Assembly: GCF_009914755.1 (NCBI RefSeq)
Contig: NC_060947.1
DNA length: 64,000 nucleotides
Source: the human T2T-CHM13v2.0 reference genome, Homo sapiens
Strand: one strand, 5' to 3'
Shown here: piece after piece, positions 14,470-27,490 of the stretch
How positions within the stretch are numbered: the first letter of the stretch is position 1
Layout of the letters: each line of letters begins with the position of its first letter
The notes under the pieces: model-generated
Database searches by the model: none
The model's input: the letters and a program-made list of their open reading frames with translations, nothing else
What the model was told of the DNA's origin: nothing
Program-made: the position numbers and the translations under genes

Positions 14470-15450
14470 CTGTTGGAGCCCTTGTGGTCTTACTCTTTAG
14501 TGAGGAGAGACAAATAATAAAGGTAATAAATAATTAAATTATGTATTATGCTATAAGGTGATGAGTCCTGTAGAAGAAAGAAAACACAGAGCAGAGTAAG
14601 GGAGATTGGAGTGCTGGGTGGAGGGTGAGGCTGTGATATTAAACAGGGTGGTCTGCGTAGGGCTATTAGGAAGATGCCATTAGAAGCAGAACCTGGAAAT
14701 GAGGACACGAGCCAGTCAGATATCTGGGACAGTTTGCCAAGCAGAGGATACTGCCAATGCAATGGCCCTGGAGCAGATGTTGCTCAGAATATTGGAGGAG
14801 TAGAAAAGATGCCAGTTTCAGGAGTGGTAAGATGAAGTAGAATAATCATGTGATGATGTTAGAGACAGTCCTAGGGGACCAGAACAGGGGGGACAAGCGA
14901 AGAGTTCAGACTGGAGAAGTGCTAAGATGTGACTTACATTTAAAGAATCACTCTGGCCACTCAGTGGAGAATAGACTGCAGGGGCAAGAGTGGAAGAAGG
15001 AGAACAGTCAGGAGACTAGTACAATATTCCCCCTGGGGGTGGTGGCAACTCAGACCAGTAGGTGGCAGTAGAGGTATTGAAAAGTGGCCAAACGGGGGTA
15101 CATTTGCGGCTAGTGCTAACCTTATTTCATGAAGGATTGAACGTTTGGTGCAAGAGAAGGGTAAAAATTAAGGATGACTCCATATTCTTTAGCCAGAGCA
15201 ACTGGAGGGGGAGAGTTCCTATTAGCTGAGAAGAGGAAGACTGTAGGAAAAACTAGTTTTGGGGGTGGGGGGGTGGGTGTGAATCAGGAGGTCAGCTTTG
15301 GACAAGTTTTGACATATATATCAGATATCCCAAGTACAGATGGACAAGTTGACAGTCAAACATAAGTTTGGAATTCAGGGAAGAGGTCCTGGCTGTCATA
15401 AGCATATAGATGGTGTTTAAAGCCATGAGTCAAGTGAATTTTCTAAAGTG
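14470..15450 (-). mobile_element. L2 LINE fragment
   Basis: Purine-rich diverged L2 pattern (TTTAAAGAATCACTCTGGC...GAGAATAGACTG...GATGGTGTTTAAAGCCATGAG). Confidence 0.75.
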
Positions 15451-15508
15451 AGAGAAAAATACAGGTCAGCCACAAGCCAGAAGGACTCTGATTATCTCAT
15501 TTTCTTTC

Positions 15509-15510
<2 letters not shown>

Positions 15511-15552
<42 letters not shown>

Positions 15553-15595
15553 TCTCTCTCTCTCTCTCCTTCCCCCTTTCTCTCTCTCTCTCTCT
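15511..15595. repeat. (CT)n microsatellite / polypyrimidine tract
   Basis: Interrupted CT run seen directly. Confidence 0.95.
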
Positions 15596-16044
15596 GACAA
15601 TGGATTCTACCAGGTTCTTTTTTATTTTAAAAATGTAAGCACAAGTAAACAGGCTTGTTCACATCATGAAGTCAAATTATCCCATGCCATGTCCCTTTAG
15701 CTGTGGCCTGCTAAAGGCTTGCATGAACAAGCTTAGGAGAAAATTCCTAAAATTCTAACTGAGTAAAGATGACAATGCAGAGTATAATTTGAGTAAATGA
15801 AGTCATATTATCGTAATAGCAGATTGCCAAAAGTTAGGATGTAACTAAACTCATGGAAAATACAGAGCCAAAGAAACAGGAGAAGTAGCAGAGGAAGTGA
15901 ATGAATAGAATAAAGTAAATAAATCTGTGACATTTTGCCTTAGAGGAAACCACTCCTCCCAGCTGTCCTTGGGTGTTTTATGCCCCCAAGAAGGGATGGA
16001 AATCCCAAGAGATTGTGCCCAGGTGTTTCCACAGTTATACCGAC

Positions 16045-16410
16045 TGTATTAGTCCATTTTCATACTGCTATGAAGAAATACTCAAGACTGGGTAATTTAT
16101 AAAGGAAAAGAGGTTTAATGGACTCACAGTTCCATATGACTGGGGAGGCCTCACAATCATGGTGGAAGGTGAAAGAGGAACAAAGGCATGTCTTACCTGG
16201 TGGCAAGCAAGAGTGCGTGTGCAGGGGAACTGCCCTTTATAAAACCATCAGATCTGGTGAGACTTATTCACTGTCATGAGGACAGCACGGTAAAAACATC
16301 CACTCCCGTGATTCAATTACCTCCCACTAGGTCCCTCCCACAACATGTGGGGATTATGGGAACTACAATTCAAGATGAGATTTGGGTGAGGACACAGCCA
16401 AACCATATCA
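16045..16410 (-). mobile_element. THE1-type solo LTR (MaLR)
   Basis: TGTATTAGTCC...GACACAGCCAAACCATATCA; 5-bp TSD CCGAC / CCAAC. Confidence 0.92.
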
Positions 16411-17779
16411 CCAACTCCTCCTTCCCCTACCCTAAGTTTACTTTTTATTCTAGAATCGAACTTTTGCCATATTACCATATATAAGTTGTGAAGTAAATAC
16501 AAATCGCCATGTGGAAAAGGAAATTAACTAGCAGAGTGTAGAATTAATTTATTTAGCCAGGTTGTTGTGCCACTCTTGCCCTGCTTCACCCTTAATTTTT
16601 TGAATGACTACCTACTATATTCCTAAAGAATGGAGAGCTATTTGGAATCCATCAGTGACTTTAATTTGCTATTAGAATGTAAGTTACACTCTTTTGAATT
16701 CTTCTGAAGGACTCCTTTCCCTTCCCAAAATTCTAGTTTCCAAACTGAAATATTAAAAAATATTTCTGCAAGTTATTTTTCCCATACTCTACTGTAATTA
16801 AACCACTATTTGTGGTTCCCCCCCCCCCCCACACAGACACATAAGCCCCTTGAAGATGTGGGCTGCCTCTCTTCTGTTTGCTCTTGTGTCTCCAACCCCT
16901 AACGGAATGCTCAGCACATGGCAGGTTCTCAAATAAGACTTGACTGAACGAATTAATAGAAATGATGCTAATTCCATGTACACTCAAAAGAATACCTCTT
17001 TGAAAGCCAGTAGCTTCACTCTCTTCTGCCAACCCAAGACTTCTTCACATCATAGATACTTACAAATAAGTTACAGTAAGCAACAATTTATAAGTAAACA
17101 CAGTGTGTCAATGCATGCCAAAAGGATGATTACTTTTCTTGGCTATCCATAGCAGGACATAAAATATGTCCTTAGATTTATTACAGATGGCCAGCCGGTA
17201 TGCACCAGAGAAAATAGTGGAATGGGGGAAGCCAAAAGTTGTGAGTCTGTCATAATGATGTCAAGTGACACACTTTTTCATTGCGATCTAGGTGTACCAT
17301 ACCTTAGCAAAAACAATCTATTTTCCATTTCTGGATTTCTTAATAACTTAAACTATATAAATAAGCTCCTTTTCCATCATATGAACTGTTCTTACATATT
17401 CTCTGGCCTTCCTTTGTCCAAATGTTGAGTTGAAGTTTTCATTGCATATTCTCTGTGCACTTTGCATTACCTAATGGTTTCCTGGCTCATGTGAGAGAAG
17501 TCAGCGTCAGCAGTCGGGTTTTGCCGAGATATTTTCTTGTCCTTTCCAGCATAGAGCTCTACAAACAAAGGCAGGGTTATCACATGTACCCGAGAGCTGC
17601 CTGGGAAAAGTGGGAGCTATAGTTATCAAAATTGGAAACTTTATGAAGTATGCTTTTGTCTCCGTTTTTGTTGCGTTCAATCAGATCAACAAGTGTTGGC
17701 TAAGTGTTGAGCGTGGTTTCCTGTGGGATTGTGTAAGGCTCTGTAGGACAATAAACGTGTTGGGGGCACTGAGTAATGT

Positions 17780-17913
17780 AGCCATTTCTGACCCGGCAGC
17801 CAGGAAAATGTGAAACAATTTGCTTCTGGAAACAGGACAGCCGGGGCCGTGTTCCTGCAACAGCAGACCAAGCACCGCGGCGGACCCAGGCAAGCACGGA
17901 ACAAGCTGAGACG
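17780..17913 (+). other. BMX: BMX non-coding first exon 1a (start approximate)
   Basis: Locally CpG-enriched; donor ACG|GTGCGT; the join ...GCTGAGACG|GATGATAATATGG agrees with my recollection of the BMX cDNA 5' UTR. Confidence 0.8.
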
Positions 17914-18549
17914 GTGCGTTTAAGCGGCAGGTGGCTACTCAGTGTCGCATACTATGCGGAAAATAGGTTTGGTTCCCGGTGTTGTGGGGCCTGAAGTTAC
18001 AAACTTTGGGAAGCTCACTTTAAGAAAAATAGTACAACATTTTTAATATGAAATTGCCAGGGCTTTCTCTGGGACTTTAGATGGGACCAGGTAATTTGGA
18101 GGCCAACGGCTGAAACTGCTATAATTTCACTGTAAATTCACTCCTTGCTCAAAATCTCAGTTAGGGAAGCTCTCAGGTTGTTTATGTATCACCACCAGTT
18201 CTACCTAGCTTTGTGTGTATTCTCTGCTAATTTTCTCCATCCGCTTCTTTAGGTATTGCCTTTCCATAGCCTTTCATATTGGCCTCATAACTGCTTCCAA
18301 AGAGACATAGAAATGTTCCTTATACCTTCTTTAACTGTGTTTTTATGATGTTACTTTAGCTACAAATATTTGCTCTTAGGTTCCTGAGGTCTCCCTAAAT
18401 CAAGTGCTTTGTGTATTTTAGATGGAGATAGACAGGTGGGAGGGAGGTGAACCATGCAGTTGTACTCATATCCATATAATTTTGAAAGATTTTGTGGGCC
18501 ACAATGATTTCATTGGATTTGAAAAGGAGTGCAACTTTGTGGTCCATGT

Positions 18550-18700
18550 AAGTGCTTCTCAAGCTTTCCTGTGCACGTGGATCACCTGGGGATCTTGCTA
18601 AAATGAAGATTTGGCTGCGCGAGGTCTCGGGTGGGAACTGAGAGTCTGCATGTCTAATGATCGCCCGGATGATGCAAGTGCACGGACCACACTTTGAGTC
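18550..18700. mobile_element. MER5-type DNA element
   Basis: AGTGCTTCTCAAGCTT...ATCACCTGGGGATCTTG...GGACCACACTTTGAG. Confidence 0.75.
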
Positions 18701-20694
18701 ACATCCAAGTATTTATTTGTAGGAAATATGGTGGCACAAATACACAGTCAATAAGGGTATGGTTCAACCTCATTTTATGGTAACTCGTCTCAGGATGGAA
18801 AGTCTGCGACAAACCTACTATGTATGGACTGGTGTTTGTTGACATGGCAATACATGAGGAGGTCTTCCTGCCTCCCATTTTCTCCTATACCCAGGAGCTG
18901 GGGACAGAGGGATGAGAAGTAAAATTTTATCATTAAGGATCATTATTATTTCACTGTCTTTAGTTTTTTAACTTTTTATGGTCCTTTTTAAAACTTTGCC
19001 TATGGAGTGATCAGAAGGGACATAAGCTTTTAGAATATCTACTAGGGTGTTGGGCATTAGGCTGCCATTTTCTCTTGACTACTTGTAACCCTTCGAAGTG
19101 GTTATTGTTTCACTGCCTTTACAGATGGGGAAGCTGAGGTTTAGCTGGGTTAAGTAACATGACAGATTCCATAGAGACAGAGCAGGGATTCGAACCCAGC
19201 TCGGTGCTTTCACTTGCACTAACCGGCATCATGAAAGCAGTGTTACATGTTTAATTCAGCATGAGATGCTAGCTCATGGATTTATTACTTTTTGCTTTTC
19301 TCCTAAGGAAGTTGCCCAGAGAGAGTGCCCTAAGCAGAGGAGAGGGAGCAGAAAGAAAGAGGTTACTGAAAAGAAGAAAAGACTTAGAAAAGCTCTATGG
19401 GGCACTGAAGATTAATCTCACACCTAAAGCAAAACTTAGCTCCAAAAAGACTAGCATTAAGATTCTTGCCTTCTTTGTGAGAAAATGATCTTCCCAAAGT
19501 GTCTGGTTTTTATACACTTATTTTGGATCAATTAAGGTATGATGCTCCAAGATGCTGAGAATTTGACTGTCAATGTTAAAAGATTTCTGTCCATATCATG
19601 CCAAGATCAACTTTAACTTTCCCTCTCCTGCATAACATCATGTGAAATAAGGATCTGTCAGGTTCTGTGAAGCCAGTATTTGTCTTTGGCCAGCATCCTA
19701 AGACTTTTTGAACCACTTTACTTGATCCTCAGTCAAACTTTTTGTTCTTGTTTAAACCTACCATCACATTTTGTTCAGTTATTTAGCACGAAGATAAGCG
19801 GGCCTGGCATTTGGACAAATATTTGAAGATCAAGTTTGTCACAGGGCCCTCCAGTTTCCCTTCCAGATCCCACCCCACTTGGAGCGTCTTCCCTTTCTTT
19901 CCCACCCTTCCTGCTCTACTGCCCTCCCACCACATGTATTATTTTAACATCTTGACACCTACAAAATCTTTAGCTATATGGCATGTAAAGTAAGAGAGGA
20001 TAACTAAACCAAGTCAAAGGGTAAGGAATTGCTATCCTTATCTCTGAATTTTAAAAGATAAATCTTTAAAGACACCACCCTGAGCCAGTCAGGGAATACA
20101 CTTCCTGGTTGAGGGAACTATCCAATGGCCACTTAACTAGATAACCCTGTCTCCCTTGGTATCCTGTTTCCTGCTCCCCTTCTGTACCACTGAGAATTTA
20201 TTCCAACTTTTGAGGTTGTATGTTCTTACCTATTTTCAGAATGTGGTTTCAAATTTTGCTATTTAACACTGCCTTTCAGCAGGAGATTCCTATCGAAAGA
20301 TTATAGGTAACATCTTTCTGATATTTCCAATAAAATGTCTCTTGCACTGGTCTGTTAAGACTCAGATTTATGGGTAGTTTCACCAAACTATGTCCCTTAG
20401 CAAAGCTGTAGTATGTTTGGCTGAACACACAGATATCTCCTACTCTGTTTACTGCCATCATGGAGTGGATGGTGTACAGGTATGACACCTGAAGCTGGCT
20501 CCCAGGGCCATGCCTCTTAGGTCACTGGTTAACAGTACTGGCTAAGTCACTTAGGCTGCTGGGGCTCAGTGTTACATCTGTAAAATGACTTCTAGGTTTC
20601 TTATAAGATTTGACATCCTATGACTGCCTTCCTGTATTTAGGTTAGAGCAGTCTCTGGTTTAGGAGGGTCACACAGCAGGCATGTCCTTCTCTA

Positions 20695-21035
20695 GCATTA
20701 GTAGCGTGGTCACGAATATGGGATGTGGAGTTAGACTGCCGGGATTCAAATCTAGCTCCACCCACTAGCAGTGTGACCTGGGCAATTTATTTATCTATTG
20801 CAGCTCCATAAGCTATAAGCAGGGAATGATGTTACAACTTACTCTATAGGGTGAATGTGTCACAACCTATCCCATGGGCTGGGAGTATCACAAAATATCC
20901 CATAGGGTGGGGGTGTTCTGGCCTACCCCATAAGGTGGAGGTGTCATGAGCTACCCCATAGAGCAGTTGTGACCAGTAAACTCTAAACAGCCTGGCACAT
21001 AGTGAGCCCTCCTTAAGCATTGGCTAGGATCATTA
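20695..21035 (+). mobile_element. MIR with internal 28-bp tandem repeat (20844-20964)
   Basis: GGAGTTAGACTGCCGGGATTCAAATCTAGCTCC...GTGTGACCTGGGCAA...CAGCCTGGCACATAGTGAG. Confidence 0.75.
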
Positions 21036-22910
21036 TCATAAAATCACTCTCATCCTTCAAAGTCTAATTTCAATGTGCTCCCTTCTAAAATACCTTACTT
21101 GGCTACCTTAAGGAAAAAACAACTTTTCCTTCCTTGGACCTTTCATAGCAAAGTGAATAGACTCTACTCTAGCACCTACATTTTTTTCCCCATCTTTTCT
21201 TTTTTAAAACATAGTTGGTACCCACAATGTGCCAAATACTTTCACCATAAGGTTTCTCATTTAAGTCCCGTAAAGTAAGAGAGTTGTTACCTATCTCAAT
21301 TTACAGATCAGAAAACTGAAGGTTAGTGCAGGGAAGGGGCTTGGCCAGGGTGACACAGTTTACAAATGACAGTTCTGTAACCTCCTCCATGCCTTCCGAG
21401 TCTGCCACCCCACAGCAATCTTTCATATTAATTAGTTATGCAGCCCATCTCTCAAACTTGTTCATTGTCACTCAGGGCCACGGACAGCTGATCTTTATTT
21501 CTGGAACCAGTCACTCAATGTTGGACACACTGTAGGCTCAAAATCAAGCATGCCAAATAGAACTGCCGACTTGAACTTCTTACTCTCATGACATCATTTC
21601 CTTATAAATCCTAAAAAACTATAGTGATTATAAGTCATGTTAATTCAACACACACCTTTTATGTATGTAAGAGGTTAACGAATGGCTGCTGGCTTCCTTA
21701 TAGGAAATACTATATTGATTTCTGCCAGGTTTTTGTGTCTCCTCTGTGCCTTAATCACTTTCTAGTTTCATCTGTTTATGGAAATAGGCAGCCTGGGCTA
21801 TTTGGTAAGCAAATTGATAGGTCTATTCTATGTGGGTGGTAATATGAGAGTCCACCCAGATCCCACTAGCTCTTCTATGGAAATAGATTTCTTGTTAATA
21901 CTGACTGGGTTTAGGATCTCATTTTACTATAAAAGGTTTTTTGTTTCACCTTCCCAACTGAATTTTCCCTAAATAAGCATAAGAAGAGCAGGGTTTGCTA
22001 GTTGTTGGACAGGCATTTGACTTAACAGTAAGCCCTGTTTATTTATTGTCACAATACGAGGGGGGAAGATATTGCATTTCTAAAAATTAATCATCAGCAA
22101 CTATCCTTCTATATCAAGAGAGACCACAGAAATGTTTTCAAATTAGAATTTAGGCCATGTAGAGGAGAAAGGAGAAGTATAAGGAAGGGACAGAAGTAAA
22201 TAGAAGGAGAAAGGCAAGCCCAAGCCTGAGCAGAAACCACATGGTTTATCTTAGAAGAAACTGATCTGGAAATGAAAAAAGCTTGAGTCATCAAGGTGGG
22301 GTCCTTCAAGACTGTTAGGAAGCCTCAGTAGCCCAGCTTAGGGAGTGGAGCTTTGAAGGACTGTTCCTCTTGGATGGGTACCTCAAAAACGTGTGGCTTC
22401 AGGTGTTTGTTACACGAGAACAACATATTACGGACTCAAGTGCACAGTATGTGAACCCATCTTTGAGAAAATAAGCATATGTACATAAATATTTGAAAAG
22501 AAAAACATCTAGAGATGTGCTGTGTTTTTCTTTTCCCTGTCTGTATCTCTTGGCTTTATAGAATAAACATATATTGCATATGAATCTTAAAATGAAAGCA
22601 AAAAATGTATAAAGGGCAGGATTTTGAAATGAACAATTATGTTGAAATTTCACAAGTTATATTTCATCAGATGCAACAACGCTTGTAAACCCTTGGAGGT
22701 TTACTGGAGAAGGTGCTTGAGGGCTCAATACCTTCCTTTTTACTCAATGTTCTTCCTTTCAATACACAGAGGCAACTTTGTGAATTTGTCAGTGGTCTCT
22801 GTGACTCATCTTATTAATTTTTTATATAAAATTCCAAAAATTCTCACCTTTAGTGTGATGCACATAAAAGTTTTATTTTTCTTTTCTTCTTCTTTCTTTA
22901 TTATTATTAA

Positions 22911-23171
22911 TTTTTTTTGGAAGACAGGGTCTCACTCTATCGCCCAGGCTGGAGTGCAGTGGCGTGATCCTCCTGCCTCAGCCTCCCTAGTAGCTGGGAC
23001 TACAGGTGCATGCCACCATGTCTGCTAATTTGTCAAAAAAATTTTCTAGAGACAGGATCTCACTATGTTTCCCAGGCTGGTCTCAAACTTCTGACCTCAA
23101 GCGATTCTCCCTCCTCAGCCTCCTAATGTGCAATATGCTGGGGTTACAGGCATGAGACACTGTGCCCTGCC
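22911..23171 (-). mobile_element. AluJ-type element with right-arm internal deletion
   Basis: Reverse Alu; GGCGTGATC joins directly to CTCCTGCCTCAGCC. Confidence 0.9.
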
Positions 23172-24269
23172 TAGGTGTGAAAGTTCTATAGACAGAAAAA
23201 TATGTATACCAGCACATAGTACTGGGAAAGACTGAATAGCACCTTGGACATTGGGATTTTTACATTTTTAATACAGTGTTGTTAATGTCACAAATCAATT
23301 CAGCATCTAAAAAAATTAAAAAGTAAATTTTCTATTCAACTAATCAGATCTATTTAATTAGCACTCTGCTTTGAGGAATGATGTTTCAGCTGTGGATATA
23401 AAAAATTGACAAGAGTTTTCACAGTTTTCTCCTTCTGCTTCATTAGTAAAATACGGAAATATAAAAGGCAAAAGTACCCTACAACCATGTCCAATGTGAT
23501 ATTGCCTCCCCAAAGGAGGCTTTCACTCAAAAAAAGTAGACCCTCATTGTTTCCATAAGTCTCCGAGCAAATTCTCTTCCGGCCACAGACTTTGGATGTA
23601 GAAAATAAGCTTATCTGGGCAGGTGGATATGCAGAGTTTGCAATGGAAGCAAAGATAAAAGGAAGGCATGCTACTCTTACCTCCATAGGCTCTACTCTAC
23701 CCTGATCTCTGCCCTGTCTTTGATCACTGGGCAAAGAAACCAGTGACCATGGCAAATAGTACCCATTGTACTCAGAAGAAACCCATTATACTTTTGTGAA
23801 AGAATTATCCTTTTTAAATAGCTAAAACAATATCCCAGGGAAAAAGTAACCAAGACTTTATTATATTGAATGGATAAGATTTCCACTACTTCTGTCTAAA
23901 AATCAAATAATGCCCTTGGAGGACATTTTAGGAATTAATAAATAATCTTTTGTTCTACATAGTAAATAATAAAAGCTGGTTTTCTTAATTCCACTTTGAG
24001 AGTTGTGTGGTCTATGTTAGGAGGAAAGCTGGCTGGAGCCAACCATGGTTAATTCAATGCCAGGCTGTATTTCTTAGTCTCCCTTTCATTTCACTCTTCT
24101 GCCATAGTGGGTCCATCATACTCCCAGGCCAGTGAGAAGTGCCCTCTAGTGATTGGATGGGTTCGCTTGGCGCCCGCCTCCATGCAGACAGAGCAATGCC
24201 TGTGTGGGTGCTTCCTGATCAAGACTGATGAGTGGGATGCAAATATCTTCTTTTTAATGCATGACCCTG

Positions 24270-24382
24270 GCATAGCCAGAGGGAATATGAGTGATGGTGC
24301 CTCAAAGCAGTAACTTTTTGCTTAGAGCTTGAGAGTCAAAGTTAAGGACCCACATGTATACTTCGGCTCTAGCGAGTCTAAG
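24270..24382 (+). other. BMX: BMX alternative non-coding first exon 1b (start approximate)
   Basis: Strong donor AAG|GTGAGT at 24382/24383, 935 nt upstream of exon 2; agrees with recalled second BMX 5' UTR. Confidence 0.72.
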
Positions 24383-25317
24383 GTGAGTAAAGCCTTCAGA
24401 TTATCAATAAAGAAAGATTTTAACTATTGGGCATGTGAATTCAAATAACGATGCAATTTCACAAAGCAAAGAAGAACATAAGAAAGTTTGTTTCTCTGGC
24501 CTACTGCTCAACATTGCTACTTTTCATGATCAGACCTGATATTAGACTGAGGGTTGAAGTAACTGTCTTAGTAGAATTAGAAAATTAATGCATTTATTTT
24601 TCAGAAATACCTTAAGTTTTAATGTTTTACATGATTTTGGGATAAAAAGGAAGAGTCTTTTTACTTTGTAAATGTACTCATTTTTTCAGTTCTTTTAAAT
24701 CTCTTTTGATAGCATCTGTTAGTGCACCCTCATACATTTTCCTCATTTTATCTTATCTTAGGCATTTACTTTGATTTTAAATTCTCATAGATATTGAAAA
24801 TTATACCTGTGTAATTTATGTTAAAGATCTGGCCATGATCAGGGGCTGCAGGTGTTATTTACAATAATGTCAGTGTCTCATAGTGGTTTGGGTAATTTGG
24901 TCAAATTACAGGCCGTTACTTCATAAATTGTGAGCTGTCTGGAGTTAAATTTTCTGAAGTTTTATTATATCCAATTCAATTCAACCAACACATATAGAAT
25001 GTTTAAAAAGTAAGGAGCATTTTGATAAGGTGGTCTGGAGAATGGGGCAAAGATGATGAATTTATTATCCACAGTGGGAGGAGTCAAAAGTATAAAGTGC
25101 TTTTTAAAAATCAACATATTTATAAAACCCAAAGCAAAGGCAGCAGAAAAACTGTAGCTATTGTGTAATTTATTCTATAATCCTACATCAGTCTCATTTA
25201 TTAAAATCAGCATTTATATTATCCCTTAATAGGAAATCGTTGAGGAAAAGATATGAAGGTTAAAGAGAACTTACCTAGATGCTGCAAATACTCATTTTAA
25301 TTATTTATTTTGTTTAG

Positions 25318-25512
<195 letters not shown>

Positions 25513-25691
25513 TAAGTCTCCACAAAGTACTTGATCATAATGAAAGAATATCAGGTTTCTTAACTTACACTGTGAAGATCCTCTTCTATCCACTTATCAC
25601 ATGACCTTTTCTTAATGAAAGTATAATGAATTCAAGATAAAGGATTTTAAAACATTAGTTAACTTTACTAAGGCAAATTATAACTTTAGAA

Positions 25692-25900
25692 CAGTGGTTC
25701 TCAACTGAGGGCATTTTTGCTCCCCAGGTGACATTGGGAAAAGACTGGAGATATTTTGGGTTGTTCCAACTGGGGGATAGGAACAGTAAGTGTTAAAGAC
25801 ATCTAGTGAGTAGAGGCCAAGAATGCAGCTAACCATCCTGCAGTGCACAGGACAGTCCTCACAACAAAGAATTACCCAGCCTTAAATGGCAATAGTGCCT
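25692..25900. mobile_element. MER20
   Basis: CAGTGGTTCTCAAC...GGAGATATTTTGGGTTGT...GAGTAGAGGCCAAGAATGC...CACAACAAAGAATTA. Confidence 0.85.
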
Positions 25901-26301
25901 TAAAACAATGCTAGAAATAAGACTATTCCTGTACAGTTGAGAATTCTACTATAGTAAAAACACTGAAATACTGTCATAAGACTGAGCCAAAATGAAGATG
26001 CTTTGCAGAAGTTAAATCTTGATTTTCCTGAGTATATTAACCACATGGTAGGTGATTTGAAACACATTTCAAGATAATCAAACAAGATTATTAACCACTG
26101 GAATATATGTGTTTGTGTCCAGACTCAAGGAATAGATTATGTTGTCATTGGATTTTGACTATTACGGGGTAATAGGAAGTGACTCTCCATTGCCCACCCC
26201 CCACCCCAATCTCCCTCTCAGGCATAACTTGGGCTTTATGCCTTTCCTTGTGCACCATGATGTATTGCAGGAAGTATCTTACATTTTGTTTTTTAATTCA
26301 G

Positions 26302-26406
26302 AAAAGGGGCAGCAGAAAAGGATCCATTGAAATTAAGAAAATCAGATGTGTGGAGAAAGTAAATCTCGAGGAGCAGACGCCTGTAGAGAGACAGTACCCA
26401 TTTCAG
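26302..26406 (+). CDS. BMX: BMX exon 3 (PH) KRGSRKG...YPFQ
   Basis: TTCAG| and |GTAAAG, 105 nt, phase 0-0. Confidence 0.98.
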
Positions 26407-27366
26407 GTAAAGGGAAGAACGACATTGCATTGGGTGGATAGTTCTTCCTTCAATTTTTCTATCGTGAACTCAATATATCTAGGAAAAATAATGATATTTC
26501 AAAATAATCTAAACAAGGCTTGGAATATTCCCACATGGGAGTTGGGCATTTTGCTAAAATTCTGTCCACCAATCTGCCTTCCCTGGAGGGAAGGGAAGGG
26601 AAGCAAGACAGGAGCGTAAGTCGCAGTGACCTGACCTGCCTCAGGTCTGATCATCTCTTTTAACAAACATTGCTGAGTATCTCCGATGTGGTACACAGTA
26701 GTAGGCATACTATGGGGAACAAAACACTGCCCCTACCCCAAGGCATTTACAGGGAAGTGGCAAAATAGACTAATACACAGACCATTACAAAGCAGTGAGG
26801 GTGAGAGTTAAGGTGGAGGTCAGCAGAATGCATCCATGGAGTCCCAGGATGTGGAAGTTTCATTCCTCACTCCAAGAGGCTAGAGAGATATTCTATTGGA
26901 GGTGACACTCAAGTTGAGAAGGACAAGTAAAATTTAACCCAGCAAATATGAGAAGGACAGTGGTACAAAGGAAGCAGCAGGTGTCAAGGCACTGATGAGT
27001 GAAACAGTATGACACATTTAGAGAGCACTAAGTAGTCCCTATGAATAAAGAAGCCCATGTGACAGTGAAAGAGATAGCCTGGAGAGGTGACCATGCTAAG
27101 GAGTTTTCATTTTACCCTGAAGTATTTTAAACAATGGTATGGTATGTAGTGTATGCTGGTAGTACCTTTTGGAAGTGGCCTAATCTAAGTCATGCCCTAC
27201 TTTTCTTATAGCATAAAATCTTACATTTCTGATCCAAAGGTAGATGGATTGTCTTTCAGATGGCCTGACTACCCAGTGCTAGTATTAGGAACCTGTGGCC
27301 AAAAATGAAATACAATAATCCAGTTGATTAACAACCCATACTTCCCATTTGGAAAAAATATTACCA

Positions 27367-27490
27367 GGCCAGGCACAGTGGTTCATGACTGTAATCCCAG
27401 CACTTTGGGAGGCCAAGGAGGGAGGATCACTTAAGGCTGGGAGTTCAAGACTAGCCTGGGCAACATAGCGAGACCTCATCTCTACATAAA
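27367..27490 (+). mobile_element. Alu left monomer (FLAM-like)
   Basis: GGCCAGGCACAGTGG...CTGGGCAACATAGCGAGACCTCATCTCT, no right arm. Confidence 0.88.

Noticed and set aside
20844-20964. CRISPR-like regular spacing
   Set aside because: Eukaryotic DNA, degenerate tandem units with no unique spacers and no cas genes.
26179-26619. 146-aa ORF covering BMX exon 3 (similar extended ORFs at other exons)
   Set aside because: Chance read-through of intron flanks; splice sites define the real coding part.
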